Source of the DNA: Lingula anatina
Lineage: Eukaryota; Animalia; Brachiopoda
Length of the DNA: 64,000 nt
Direction of reading: 5' to 3'
NCBI GenBank assembly: GCA_051362555.1
Contig: CM120644.1
Location: forward strand, 566,954-630,953
Shown: in pieces, positions 10,049-22,295 of the stretch
Layout of the letters: each line of letters begins with the position of its first letter
How positions within the stretch are numbered: position 1 is the first letter of the stretch
Notes under the pieces: generated by a model
Databases searched by the model: none
What the model saw: the letters and a program-made list of their open reading frames with translations, nothing else
What the model was told of the DNA's origin: nothing
Program-made: the position numbers and the translations under genes

Positions 10049-12031
10049 AGGCCACACTTTTTTATTTTTATGGATGACATCCTCTGGGAACGCCGAAATC
10101 GGTGTGAGAGGGCGAAAAAAAAATCTGCTTAAGTAAAGGAATGCTGTCAGTACACAGCTGGAAACACAAATTTACCACAGAAACATGTATCCAACTAACA
10201 ATTTGTCTTTATCCATGCTCTCAGAATATTAAAGCATTATGGACACTTCACAGAAATGTAAAAAAAATATTAATACTACCAAATCTATTAAAGGTTATTT
10301 CAGTCGATGCCAATTTGTCTACTTCGACTCACTCGAAGCAGCCAAACTGTTGGGTGGCCTGTCCGACCTTCAGCCCACCAAATACCTCGACGCCCTTGTT
10401 GACCCTTTTTTCGCTAAAAAAAAACAAAAAAAAACGGTAGGTTCTGCTTTGGACAGAATATGTCACTGAAATTTTCCAGGCGATAATCACTCACCACCGC
10501 CAGCCTTTCGTTTAATTGTAAAAAGGTGATATCTCCATACCCAATATCAATGGCATATCAATCCAAAACAATGGCCCCCGTTCTCTTTTATGACTTTAAT
10601 TGTTGTGTAATTTGGAAAGTAATCCTAGAGATGAATTTGACAGCAGAGGGGCCATATTTCCATGTGGCGATAATACGCATGCGCAGAAAGCGCATTTTCC
10701 GGCAAATTCAATAATGACGTTTGCCACCCGACTTCATTGGAGTTTTTTTTTTTTTCGGAGAACGGACGAAAATAGGTGCGCGCACAGGATGTCATCCATA
10801 AAAATAAACAAGGCAGCAAAGCTGTCAAATGTACAGACAAAAAGCAGGAAATAACAATGCAAAAAAATAGGCTACTGTCAATTCTGATGTAAAAATGCAT
10901 TATGCTTAACTACAAATTCAACATCAAATTTTAATTATGCTCAACAGGTAATACCAATGTAAGTAAAATGTGTAACAAGCATAAGGCTTCAGGCCCAGGG
11001 GAGTTAAAGTTCACACTTTGAAAATGCCAGAATGAGAAAAATGAAAATTTCACACAAAATTGTATAATTCAATAATAAATGACAACCCAATTGAGCTGGC
11101 TTTCTAATTTGAACTGCATGCCAATCTTAAAAATCATAGTTGTAAGTTAAAAATAATAAGTAACACAGTTTTCTTTTCATAATTTTTGTAGTAGCAGTGC
11201 AAAAAGATTTCTGTCCATTTTGATGTAACATTACGTAATATATTACAGAATAATTATCACCAATTTTTGATTATTGACTATAAATAGCATGGACATGTAG
11301 AAAATTTGATTACCATTCAGCTTCATGTCCATGGGAGCTCAGAGTCCCACAATTAATATGCCAACCCGAAAAAAATGGATATTTCACTAAAATGTATAAC
11401 TTCCAAAAAAAAGAAGCCAATTAGACTGCTTTTCCAACTCAGGCTGCATTTTAGTCCTGTGTTTCTTTTTTGAAAGTTTGACAATCATAAGTAACATGGT
11501 TTTCCCATAATGGTCATCATGGCAGCAGCACCAAAAATTGTGTTTTTTCTATTTAAATGCAATATTACATAATGCTTAACAGCATAATGACCATCAACTT
11601 TTAATAATAAAATATATGTATAATGGATTTTCAGAAAATGTGACTAGCATGGGTCTTCAAGCCGGTGGAGGTTCTAAGTCACACCTTGAAAATGCCAATA
11701 TGTGAAAAGTTAAATTTTCACAAAAAAAAAAAAAAATGTTTAATTGCCAGAAAAAATTTACCAAAAAGATTGCATTGCTTACTGAAGCTGTATTTTAGTC
11801 CTGTGTTTCTTTCCTATAAGTTTGAGAACAGTAAGTGACATGGTTTTCCTTACATGGTCATCATGGAAGCAGTGCCCAAAATAGGGGTTTCTTCAAATTT
11901 TGATGCAATATTACATAATGTTTAACAGTATAATGACCATCAATTTTTAAGCATGATCGGGCCACTATTTTAGTACTTATGCGTTTTTTTCATTTTTCAG
12001 CATATATGCAACACTGTAAACACAATATAAG

Positions 12032-15000
12032 AACAAGGCAGCAAAGCTGTCAAATGTACAGACAAAAAGAAGGAAAAAACAAAATAGGGTACAGTCAATT
12101 CTGATGCAAAAATACATTATGTTAAGCTGCAAATTCAACATCAAATTTTAATTATGCTCAACAGGTAATACCAACGTAAGTTAAATGTGTAACAAGCATA
12201 AGGCTTCAGGCCCATGGGAGTTCAAGTTCACACTTTGAAAATGCAAAACTTCCAGAAAAGGAAGCCAATTAGACTGCTTTTCCAACTCAGGCCGCATGTC
12301 GATTTTTGGAATCGATTACTCCTGAGAGTTTCATGACAACAGGCCTATCGGTTTTCCTTGAAATGTGTTTACAGTGTTGCATATATGTTGAAAAGTGAAA
12401 AAAAAAGCATAACTTCTACAATAATGGCCCGATCATCCTGATTTTCGAACTTGACCTGCATTTTATGAAAATTCCTCAGCTCTATAAATATAAAGCCCAA
12501 AAGTAAAACTGCCTTCCACTTATCGTGTTTACAATGAAAGTGCAAGGCGCCGGCGTTGGCGATGATGGCGACGACAGACGCAGGTGATGGCAATATGTAC
12601 AGACACATTTATATATATTTACTGTACTGTTTGAGAACAGTAAGTGACATGGTTTTCCTTACATGGTCATCATGGAAGCAGTGCCCAAAATAGGGGTTTC
12701 TTCAAATTTTGATGCAATATTACATAATGTTTAACAGTATAATGACCATCAATTTTTAATAATAAAATATTAGTATCATGGATATTCAGAAAATGTGACT
12801 AGCAAAGGTCTTCAGGCCCATGGAACTTCAAAGTCACAACTTGAAAATGCCAAAATGTAAACAAGACAGCACTGTTCTGAAATGGGTTTATTTCCATTTT
12901 TAACAATTTTTAACATAAAACAAAATTAACAGTTTACTGCCATTTTTATATGACCAACTAAGAAAATTGATGAGATGGGAAAAATATCAATAGAGCAGTG
13001 TTAAATGTCCAATTTCTTCCATTCTGAGATTCTGAACACAGTGAATGATTCAGTCTGACAAATTACAATGATATGAGTTTATTTCCATTTTTATGTACAG
13101 ACACAGATGTGTCTGTACATATTGCCATCACCTGCGTCTGTCGTCGCCGATGGCAATGCCGTCGCCGTGCACTTTCACTGTAAACACGATAAGTGGAACA
13201 CAGTTTTATTTTTTGGTTTTATATTTACAGAGCTGATGAATATTCATAAAACGCAGGTCAAGTTCGAAAATCAGCATGATCGGGCCATTATTGTAGAAGT
13301 TATGCTGTTTTATCACTTTTCAGCATATATGCAACCCTGTAAACACATTTTAAGGAAAACCGTTAGGCCTGTTGTCATGAAACTCACAAGAGTAATCAAT
13401 CTTACTAAAACGCAGATCAAGTTCGAAAATTGGCATGATCGGGCCACTATTTTACTAGTTATGCTGTTTTTTCCTTTTTTTCAGCATATGTGCAACACTG
13501 TAAACACAATATAAGAAAAACCGATAGGCCAATTGCCATTAAACTCACAGGAGTGGTCAATCTTACTAAAATGCAGGTCGAGTTCGAAAATCAGCATAAT
13601 CGGGCCATTATTTTAGAAGTTATGCTGTTTTTTCACATTTCCTCAGATTCAATTCTTAGGCATGTTAACAGTCTTATTATTTTACTAATTAGATACATAA
13701 AAGTGTTTGTTTGACATTTCCTGCATCTTTACAACATTGTTAGTTGATTATGTAAAAATGATGGTAAACTTGTTATCGTGTATTGTGAAATAAAGTGTCA
13801 AAAATGGAAATAAACTCATATCATTGCAGTTTGTCAGATTCAATCATTCACCATGTTCAGAATCTCAGAATGGAGGAAATTGGACATTTAACACTATTCT
13901 ATTGATATTTTTCCCATCTCATCAATTATCTTAGTTGATCATATAAAAATTGCAGTAAACTGTTCATTTTGTTTTATGTTAAAAAAGTGTTAAAAATGGA
14001 AATAAACCCATGTCAGAACAGTGCTGTCTTGTTTCACATTTCCTCAGATTCAATTCTTAGGCATGTTAACAGTCTCATTGTTTAACTAATAAGACATGTA
14101 AAAGTGTTTGGTTGACATTTTCTGCATCTTTACAACATTATTAGTTGATTATGTAAAACTGATGGTAAACTTGTTATCGTGTATTGTGTAATAAAGTTTC
14201 AAAAATGGAAACAAACTCATATCATTGCAGTTTGTCAGATTCAATCATTCACTATGTTCAGAATCTCAGAATGGATGAAATTGGACATTTAACACTGTTG
14301 TATTAATATTTTTCCCATCTCATCAATTTTCTTAGTTGATCGTATAAAAATGGCAGTAACCTGTTAATTTTGTTTTATGTTTAAAAAATTGTTAAAAATG
14401 AAAAAAAAAATATTTCAGAACAGTGCTGTCTTGTTTACATTTTGGCATTTTCAAGTTGTGACTTTGAAGTTCCATGGGCCTGAAGACCTTTGCTAGTCAC
14501 ATTTTCTGAATATCCATGATGCTAATATTTTATTATTAAAAATTGATGGTCATTATGCTGTTAAACATTATGTAATATTGCATCAAAATTTGAAAAAAAT
14601 CTATTTTGGACACTGCTCCCATGATGAGCATTTAAGAAAAACCATGTCACTTACTGTTCTCAAACAGTACAGTAAATATGTACAGATGTGTCTGTACATA
14701 TTGCCATCACCTGCATCTATCGTCGCTGTCACTGTCACTGGTGCCGTGCACTTTCATTGTAAACACGATAAGTGGAAGTCAATTTTACTTTTTGGCTGTA
14801 TATTTACAGAGCTGATGAATATTCATAAAATGCAGGTCAAATTCGAAAATCAGCATGATCGAGCCATTATTGTAGAAGTTATGCTGTTTTTTCACTTTTC
14901 AGCATATATGCAACACTGTAAACACATTTCAAGGAAAACCGATAGGCCTGTTGTCATGAAACTCACAGGAGTAATCGATCTTACTAAAACGCAGATCAAG

Positions 15001-16445
15001 TTTGAAAATCGGCATGATCGGGCCACTATTTTAGTAGTTATGCTGTTTTTTCATTTTTCAGCATATATGCAACACTGTAAACACAATATAAGAAAAACAG
15101 ATGGGCCAATTGTCATGAAAGTCACAGGAGGGGTCAATTTTACTAAAATGCAGGTTAAGTTCGTAAATCAGCATAATCGTGCCATTATTTTAGGTGTGCT
15201 GTTTTTTCACATTTCCTCAGATTCAATTCTTAGGCATGTTAACAGTCTCATTATTAAACTAATAAGATACGTAAAAGTGTTTGTTTGACATTTCCTGCAT
15301 CTTTACAACATTGTTAGTTGATTATGTAAAAATGATGGTAAACTTTTTATCGTGTATTGTGTAATAAAGTGTCAAAAATGGAAATAAACTCATATCATTG
15401 CAGTTTGTCAGATTCAATCATCCACTATGTTCAGAATCTCAGAATGGAGGAAATTGGACATTTAACACTGTTCTATTGATATTTTTCCAATATCATTAAT
15501 TTTCTTAGTTGATCATATAAAAATGGCAGTAAACTGTTCATTTTGTTTTATGTTAAAAAAGTGTTAAAAATGGAAATAAACCCATTTCAGAACAGTGCTG
15601 TCTTGTTAAAATTTGATGTTGAATTTGCAGTTTAACATTATGTACTTTTGCATCAGAATTGGCAGTAGCCTATTTTGTGCATAGTTATTTCCTGCTTTTT
15701 GTCTGTACATTTGACAGCTTTGCTGCCTTGTTGAAACTTTATTACACAATATACAATAACAAGTTTAAAATCATTTTTACAAAATCAACTAACAATGTTG
15801 TAAAGATGCAGGAAATGTCAAAAAAACACTTTTACATATCTTATTAATTAAATAATGAAACTGTTAACATGCCTAAGAATTGAATCTAAGGAAATGTAAA
15901 GAACAGCATAACTTCTAAAATAATGGCCCGATTATGCTGATTTTTGAACTTAACCTGCATTTTAGCAGGAATGACCACTCCTGTGAGTTTAATGACAATT
16001 GGCCTATCTGTTTTTCTTATATTGTGTTTACAGTGTTGCATATATGCTGAAAAGTGAAAAAAAAGCATAACTACTAAAATAGTGGCCCGATCATGCCGAT
16101 TTTCGAACTTGACCTGCGTTTTAGTAAGATCAATTTTTCCTGTGAGTTTCATGACAACAGGCTTATCGGTTTTTGTTGAAATGTGTTTACAGTGTTGCAT
16201 ATATGCTGAAAAGTGAAAAAACAGCATAACTTCTACAATAATGGCCCGATCATGCTGATTTTCGAACTTGACCTGCATTTTATGAATATTCATCAGCTCT
16301 GTAAATATAAAGCCAAAAAGTAAAACTGTCTTCCACTTATCGTGTTTACAAGGAAAGTGCACGGCGGCGACGGCGACAGCGACGACGGCGACGACAGACG
16401 CAGGTGGTGGCAATATGTACAGACACATCTGTGTCTGTACATAAA
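12032..16445 (-). mobile_element. HINE-B copy M2, interrupted by P2
   Basis: 3' end at 12032, 5' end at ~16445; TTTCCATTTTT (13092) resumes as GAAACTTTATT (15733). Confidence 0.8.
13090..15732 (+). mobile_element. HINE-B copy P2 (innermost, internally dimeric)
   Basis: 5' end at ~13090, 3' end at 15732; ~400-bp tandem duplication (13633-14437) and a restart of the 5' module at ~14670. Confidence 0.82.
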
Positions 16446-18001
16446 AACAGATACACCAATTGTCATTAAACTCACAGTAGTGGTCAATCTTACTAAAACG
16501 CGGGTTCAGTTCAAAAATCAGCATAATCGGGCCATTATTTTAGAAGTTATGCTGTTTTTTCAAATTTCCTCAGATTCAATTCTTAGGCATGTTAACAGTC
16601 TCATTATTTAACTAATAAGATACGTAAAAGTGTTTGTTTGACATATCCTACATCTTTACAACATTGTTAGTTGATTTTGTAAAAATGATGGTAAACTTGT
16701 TAACGTGTATTGTGTAATAAAGTTTCAAAAATGGAAATAAACTCATATCATTTCAGTTTGTCAGATTGAATCATTCACTATGTTCAGAATCTGGGAATGG
16801 AGGAAATTGGACATTTAACACTATTCTATTGATATTTTTCCCATCTCATCAATTTTCTTAGTTGATCATATAAAAATGGCAGTAAACTGTTAATTTTGTT
16901 TTATGTTAAAAAATTGTTAAAAATGGGAAAACACCCATTTCAGAACAGTGCTGTCTTGTTTACATTTTGGCATTTTCAAGGTGTGACTTTGAAGTTCCAT
17001 GGGCCTGAAGACCTTTGCTAGTCACATTTTCTGAATATCCATGATACTAATATTTTATTATTAAAAATTGATGGTCATTATACTGTTAAACATTATGTAA
17101 TATTGCATCAAAATTTGAAGAAACCCCTATTTTGGGCACTGCTTCCATGATGACCATGTAAGGAAAACCATGTCACTTACTGTTCTCAAACAGTACAGTA
17201 AATATATATAAATGTGTCTGTACATATTGCCATCACCTGCGTCTGTCGTCGCCATCATCGCCAACGCCGGCGCCTTGCACTTTCATTGTAAACACGATAA
17301 GTGGAAGGCAGTTTTACTTTTGGGCTTTATATTTATAGAGCTGAGGAATTTTCATAAAATGCAGGTCAAGTTCGAAAATCAGGATGATCGGGCCATTATT
17401 GTAGAAGTTATGCTTTTTTTTTCACTTTTCAACATATATGCAACACTGTAAACACATTTCAAGGAAAACCGATAGGCCTGTTGTCATGAAACTCTCAGGA
17501 GTAATCGATTCCAAAAATCAACATGCGGCCTGAGTTGGATAAGCAGCCTAATTGGCTTCCTTTTCTGGAAGTTATGCATTTTCAAAGTGTGAACTTGAAC
17601 TCCCATGGGCCTGAAGCCTTATGCTTGTTACACATTTAACTTAAGTTGGTATTACCTGTTGAGCATAATTAAAATTTGATGTTGAATTTGCAGCTTAACA
17701 TAATGTATTTTTGCATCAGAATTGACTGTACCCTATTTTGTTTTTTCCTTCTTTTTGTCTGTACATTTGACAGCTTTGCTGCCTTGTTCTTATATTGTGT
17801 TTACAGTGTTGCATATATGCTGAAAAATGAAAAAACCGCATAAGTACTAAAATAGTGGCCCGATCATGCAGATTTTCGAACTTGACCTGCATTTTAGTAA
17901 AATTGAGTACTTCTGTAAGTTTCATGACAACAGGACTATTGGTTTTCCTTTAAATGTGTTTACAGTGTTGCATATATGCTGAAAAGTGAAAAAACAGCAT
18001 A

Positions 18002-21000
18002 CGGTAATGTGCCATGAATTTCGAACAGTAGAAAATAATTAAATTTGGGAAAAGATCGTTCTGGCCGAAATTCATGAAATGGAGGTGCTCAGAACTTCCG
18101 AAAGTTCGAATTTCATGGAATTCTGTCAATTTTGACCGGAAGTTGTCTGTTCGTCGCTAGGCCTTCTGTTATCTTCTCCCGACGATCTATTTAGAGTTAC
18201 CATAATGTATGATTGTGTAAGTGTCGGTAATTGCGACCAAAGGTATACACGTACTTTCACCCGATCACTGTGTATGGCCCATAGATAGAGCGGTGCTGTT
18301 GTTAAGGGCCGCAAAACAGCATCGTTATCAGTAGTGTCGTTTTTCAAAAGCGATTCTGGCAGCCAGAAACTAGTGTCGTTTTTCAAAAACGATCCTGGCG
18401 CTCAGAACGGGAGTGGACGGAGGGAGAGACGGCCGACGATTAGCGTCTGCCACGTCCAGATAACCACTAGTGTTACCGTTGCTCCTTTCCGTGCACTGAA
18501 ACTGAGATGACAGCCGATCAGTGTCTATGGCGCACGTGCAGGTAGCCTTCATCTGCGATAAGTGTCTTCCGCGACCAGGTTCGTTGCCTTTACCGTTAAA
18601 GTCGGGCGGAGCTTTACGCGCGAATGCGTCCTCATCTCGCCGTTCGCGGGTCGTTGTCTCCGACGCATACGTAGCCTTCCCTGCAGAAGCCGGCCTCGGC
18701 ACTAGTGACTACGGCCTCTCCTCCGTGCGGGGAGGCCACTACGACCGCAGATCGGTATGTGCGGCGCACAGGTAGCCTTCGCCACGGCAGCCGAACTGTG
18801 TATTACGGTCTCTCTCCGTCGTGCGCTGCGACCAAGATGACCGCTGATTGTTGTCTGCGATCAAATATACTAGGTTTGGGGGGGGGGGGGGTGCAGGGCC
18901 GTTTTATTTTTATTTATTTATTTATTTTTCGCTCAGGCAACCCAATCTTAACCAGCAGCAGCAACTGATTTCCTGGCGCATAGTTGCGTCAATGTACGCA
19001 TTTGAAAAGCGTGTACGTTTTGTCATTGAAACCATCTTCAAACAAACGCGAGAGATAGGTAATCTAGAGTAAACCGAAAAGGCAGTTTTTATATTCGTTC
19101 AAGGGACTGGAAGATCGTCAATAGGAGATAGTGAGCGACCTGAGCGCGACAATAAGCCAATTTCCACACTAGTTCAAGGGACTTCGTTACTATATTCGTC
19201 AGCAAGAGATCGTCAGCGATCCGAGCAAGCATAAAAGCTTGGACTTGTTGTCCATGCTACATGTAGAAGGCAATTTTCATGTAGTCCGCAGGATATGGTG
19301 TGCTGGTTTACGACAGGTGCGTAACCAGGCATACGCACGGATACACTGTGCGTATATAATTTTTTTGGCCAACCATGAAATTATTCTCTTTAAATCTAGT
19401 GTACTTTTCAAGGAATATTATCGAAAATCCCCTTCGATTATAAGTTAATGTCACCTGAATGTACAAATTCTCTGTATAATTTATATATGCACCATTGTTC
19501 TGACACCCTTCTCGTTTGCTTTCACAGAACTGAGGTAAACAATACTAGTTACCATCTGAAGTCCGATCTTAATCGTCCATCTAGCTGGAACTTGCTTTAC
19601 CTCTTAATTAGAGGGTAAAGTGCCCTTCAGCTCACAGGTAGCTTTTGTCTTGAGTGTATCGAACGCGATATTTATCTCAGATAAAAATCTACCTGTGTGT
19701 TATTTCAAAGAGCTGCTCCAGCAGACCTGGGGGCACTAGATAAATCTGATCATCGGGCTAAACAAGGAGCCAGAGAAACAAAGGAAGATTGATTTTTCCT
19801 GCAAAATTTCAAAGAATTTTGACATGGACTTGATCCAGCTTAACCTTCCAAACTAACGGGGTGGCATGGGCAATTTTTGCAAAATTTGCAAACAATTAAA
19901 CTTAGATATATTACAATTTTATCCTTTAATATAATTTTGGGAGGCATGCACCCGCGTGTAAGCTGGGTGATGTCAGTAAGCCCCTAGTTAAATAAATATA
20001 CCCTAATGAGCAAGGCTTTTCCCAGCGAACCGTCCAGCCGTCATTTGGACGGCCGCTGACATCACCGGACGGACTATATTTTCAAAGACGGCTAGACGGC
20101 TTGCAACTTTTTTTAATGACGTCTTGGCTTGTCGGGACAGCCGTGGACGTTGTAAGAAATTTTCTTAGAGTAATTTGACGTTCCTAGCTTTTATGATGCG
20201 TCACAGATGAATGGTACTACTTTGTAGTGTACGCTGATATTCAGTCACAACGAAACTACTTCCTAAAACTTACAAAACACAATAAAATGTTTCTATGAAC
20301 TTAAACTTTAAGATACACATTCCACGCCATATGCAGCAGTGTCAAGAGTGACCTTCATGCGGTACAAAACACTAAGTAAACTACAGGCCAATTTGTGAAA
20401 GGGGACACCTTCCGGACCTTTATACGCACGGCAACTGACAAAGCTGATTGACAAAAAGGAAAAGTTCAAATTTTCAGCGAGAGATCTTTCGCAATCCGAG
20501 AGACCAGGAGGCAATTTTCATATTTGTTAAAGAGACTTCGTAAGCCAAAGGGCGAGACGAGAACGCAATTTTCGTATCGTCAGCGTCGCAATCCGAGTGA
20601 AACGAGAAAGCTCATACTCGTTCAGTGGCTTTCGTTTGCGGCAGATCGTCAGCCGGAGATCGTTCTCGATTGTTTTTAACCCTCCATCCCTCCCCATTGG
20701 AATTTATAATTTTTAAAAATATTTTTCATTTCATTTGTACATTTCAAGGGACTGCATTAGCGGAAGATCGTCAGCGGGAGATCGTGAACGATCTGAGCGA
20801 GACAAGAAAGCAATAATGGTAATCTTTATTGCAGCTCTTAATATTGCTCTTTTGTTCTGTTACTGAAGTCTCTACTGTTAACAATGCTATTGTGCGCCTC
20901 AGCAAAACTACCGATCGCTATCTCACACCGAATACTGCGGTAAAGAAACAACAGCCCGACAGTACAACTCTTAAATGATTCTCCTGTTATCTGAATGAAT

Positions 21001-21296
21001 GGATATGACGATGTTGTTAAGCGTCCTAAACTAACTGTACTGATCGTTATCTTGCACCTTGGGCCGCACACGTAGTACTCAGATAAAGGTACGCTAGGGC
21101 AACATTGCCGACTGTTAGATCTTTATAAGCGCGAGAATAGCCCGGTGGCCGATTTTAAGGTGTACGAAATTCACGAAATGAAGATCGCGCAAAATTGCTT
21201 ACTGGCCGAAATTCATGGTCCAGAAAAAACTCCAGACGGCCGATTTTAAGATCGTTCGAAATTCAAGAGCCGTTCGAAATTCATGGCACTTTACCG
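18002..21296. mobile_element. 3.2-kb non-autonomous TIR DNA transposon, copy B, inserted in HINE-B
   Basis: Same TIRs; removing it and one TA restores the host repeat CAGCATAACTTCTAC, which confirms the TA duplication. Confidence 0.92.
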
Positions 21297-22295
21297 TAAC
21301 TTCTACAATAATGGCCCGATTATGCTGATTTTTGAACTTGACCTGCGTATCATGAATATTCATCAGCTCTGTAAATATAAAACCAAAAAGTAAAACTGTG
21401 TTCCACTTATCGTGTTTACAAGGAAAGTGCACGGCGCCGGCGACGGCGACAACAGACGCAGGTGATGGCAATATGTACAGACACATCTGTGTCTGTACAT
21501 AAAAAGTGTTGCCTTACTTAACTTTTTGTATTCAATTTTTTGAAATGAAACATGAAAAGGAAAATTAGTAGTGGCTTTAGTTGATTCAGTTTGTTACAAA
21601 ATTGCAAGACTAAGTTAAAATGGTGGTACAATTTAATTAGAGTAATGAACCTGACATCTAAATAGTGTCTTGTAAGGAAACCTTTGTTGAAAATATATAT
21701 GCTAGAACAAGAAAGCTAGTATAAGCATGAAAAATTCCAGAAAAATACACTTTGCTTATTATTATTATTTTTTAATTCATTAATATAGATAAAAGATAGG
21801 CACAGCTAAATTGGGGCACATTTGCTCTTGTATGATGCTTTTAGATAGAAAAAATATTTTGACCAGAAAAAGAAAGTAAGATATGATTGCTAATTTTAAA
21901 ATGAAAATTTATTTATTTATTTATAAAGATAGGTTTTACAATAAGGTGAAATTTAATTTACTCAAAAGCATTTTGTCTGTAGTTTTGTATGAAAAAAATA
22001 TGAAATAAAGAAAAACCAAATAGAAATTTGTTTTTAGAATTCATGAAACAGTTTTCTGAAAAGTAAGAGACTGTATAACGGTTATGGACAACAAACTTTT
22101 GATGGGTAACGTCAATGGCCATTATTTTCAACATATGAAGAACTTGTGAAAAAATTTCTATTTAATGTAAAGATTTAGCCCGTCTTGGGAGTAAACTCTT
22201 CTTACAAAGAAGGTACGTTTCACAAGAAGCCTTAGAAGCAGGCAAAAGAAGGAGTGGCAGCTCACCTGTAGAAAACTTCGATTTTATCACTGAAA

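Larger units (their letters stand above)
11951..17788 (+). mobile_element. HINE-B copy P1 (5' end missing), interrupted by M2
   Basis: Core repeat ...CACAATATAAGA (12031) resumes as AAAACAGATACACC (~16444); 3' end GCTGCCTTGTT at 17788. Confidence 0.7.
10808..21502 (-). mobile_element. HINE-B outer copy (M1) containing nested copies and the 3.2-kb transposon
   Basis: Minus-strand 5' end TTTATGTACAGACAC-AGA-TGTGTCTGTACATA plus (GTCGCC)n at ~21430-21502; ~160-bp core repeats; 3' end TGTCTGTACATTTGACAGCTTTGCTGCCTTGTT at ~10808-10838. Confidence 0.8.
10050..21513. mobile_element. ~0.77-kb Zator-like MITE whose right TIR is split by the 10.7-kb HINE-B nest
   Basis: Left TTA|GGCCACACTTTTTTATTTTTATGGATGACATCC; right GGATGTCATCCATAAAAATAA (to ~10807) resumes as AAAAGTGTTGCC|TTA (to 21513). 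Confidence 0.8.
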
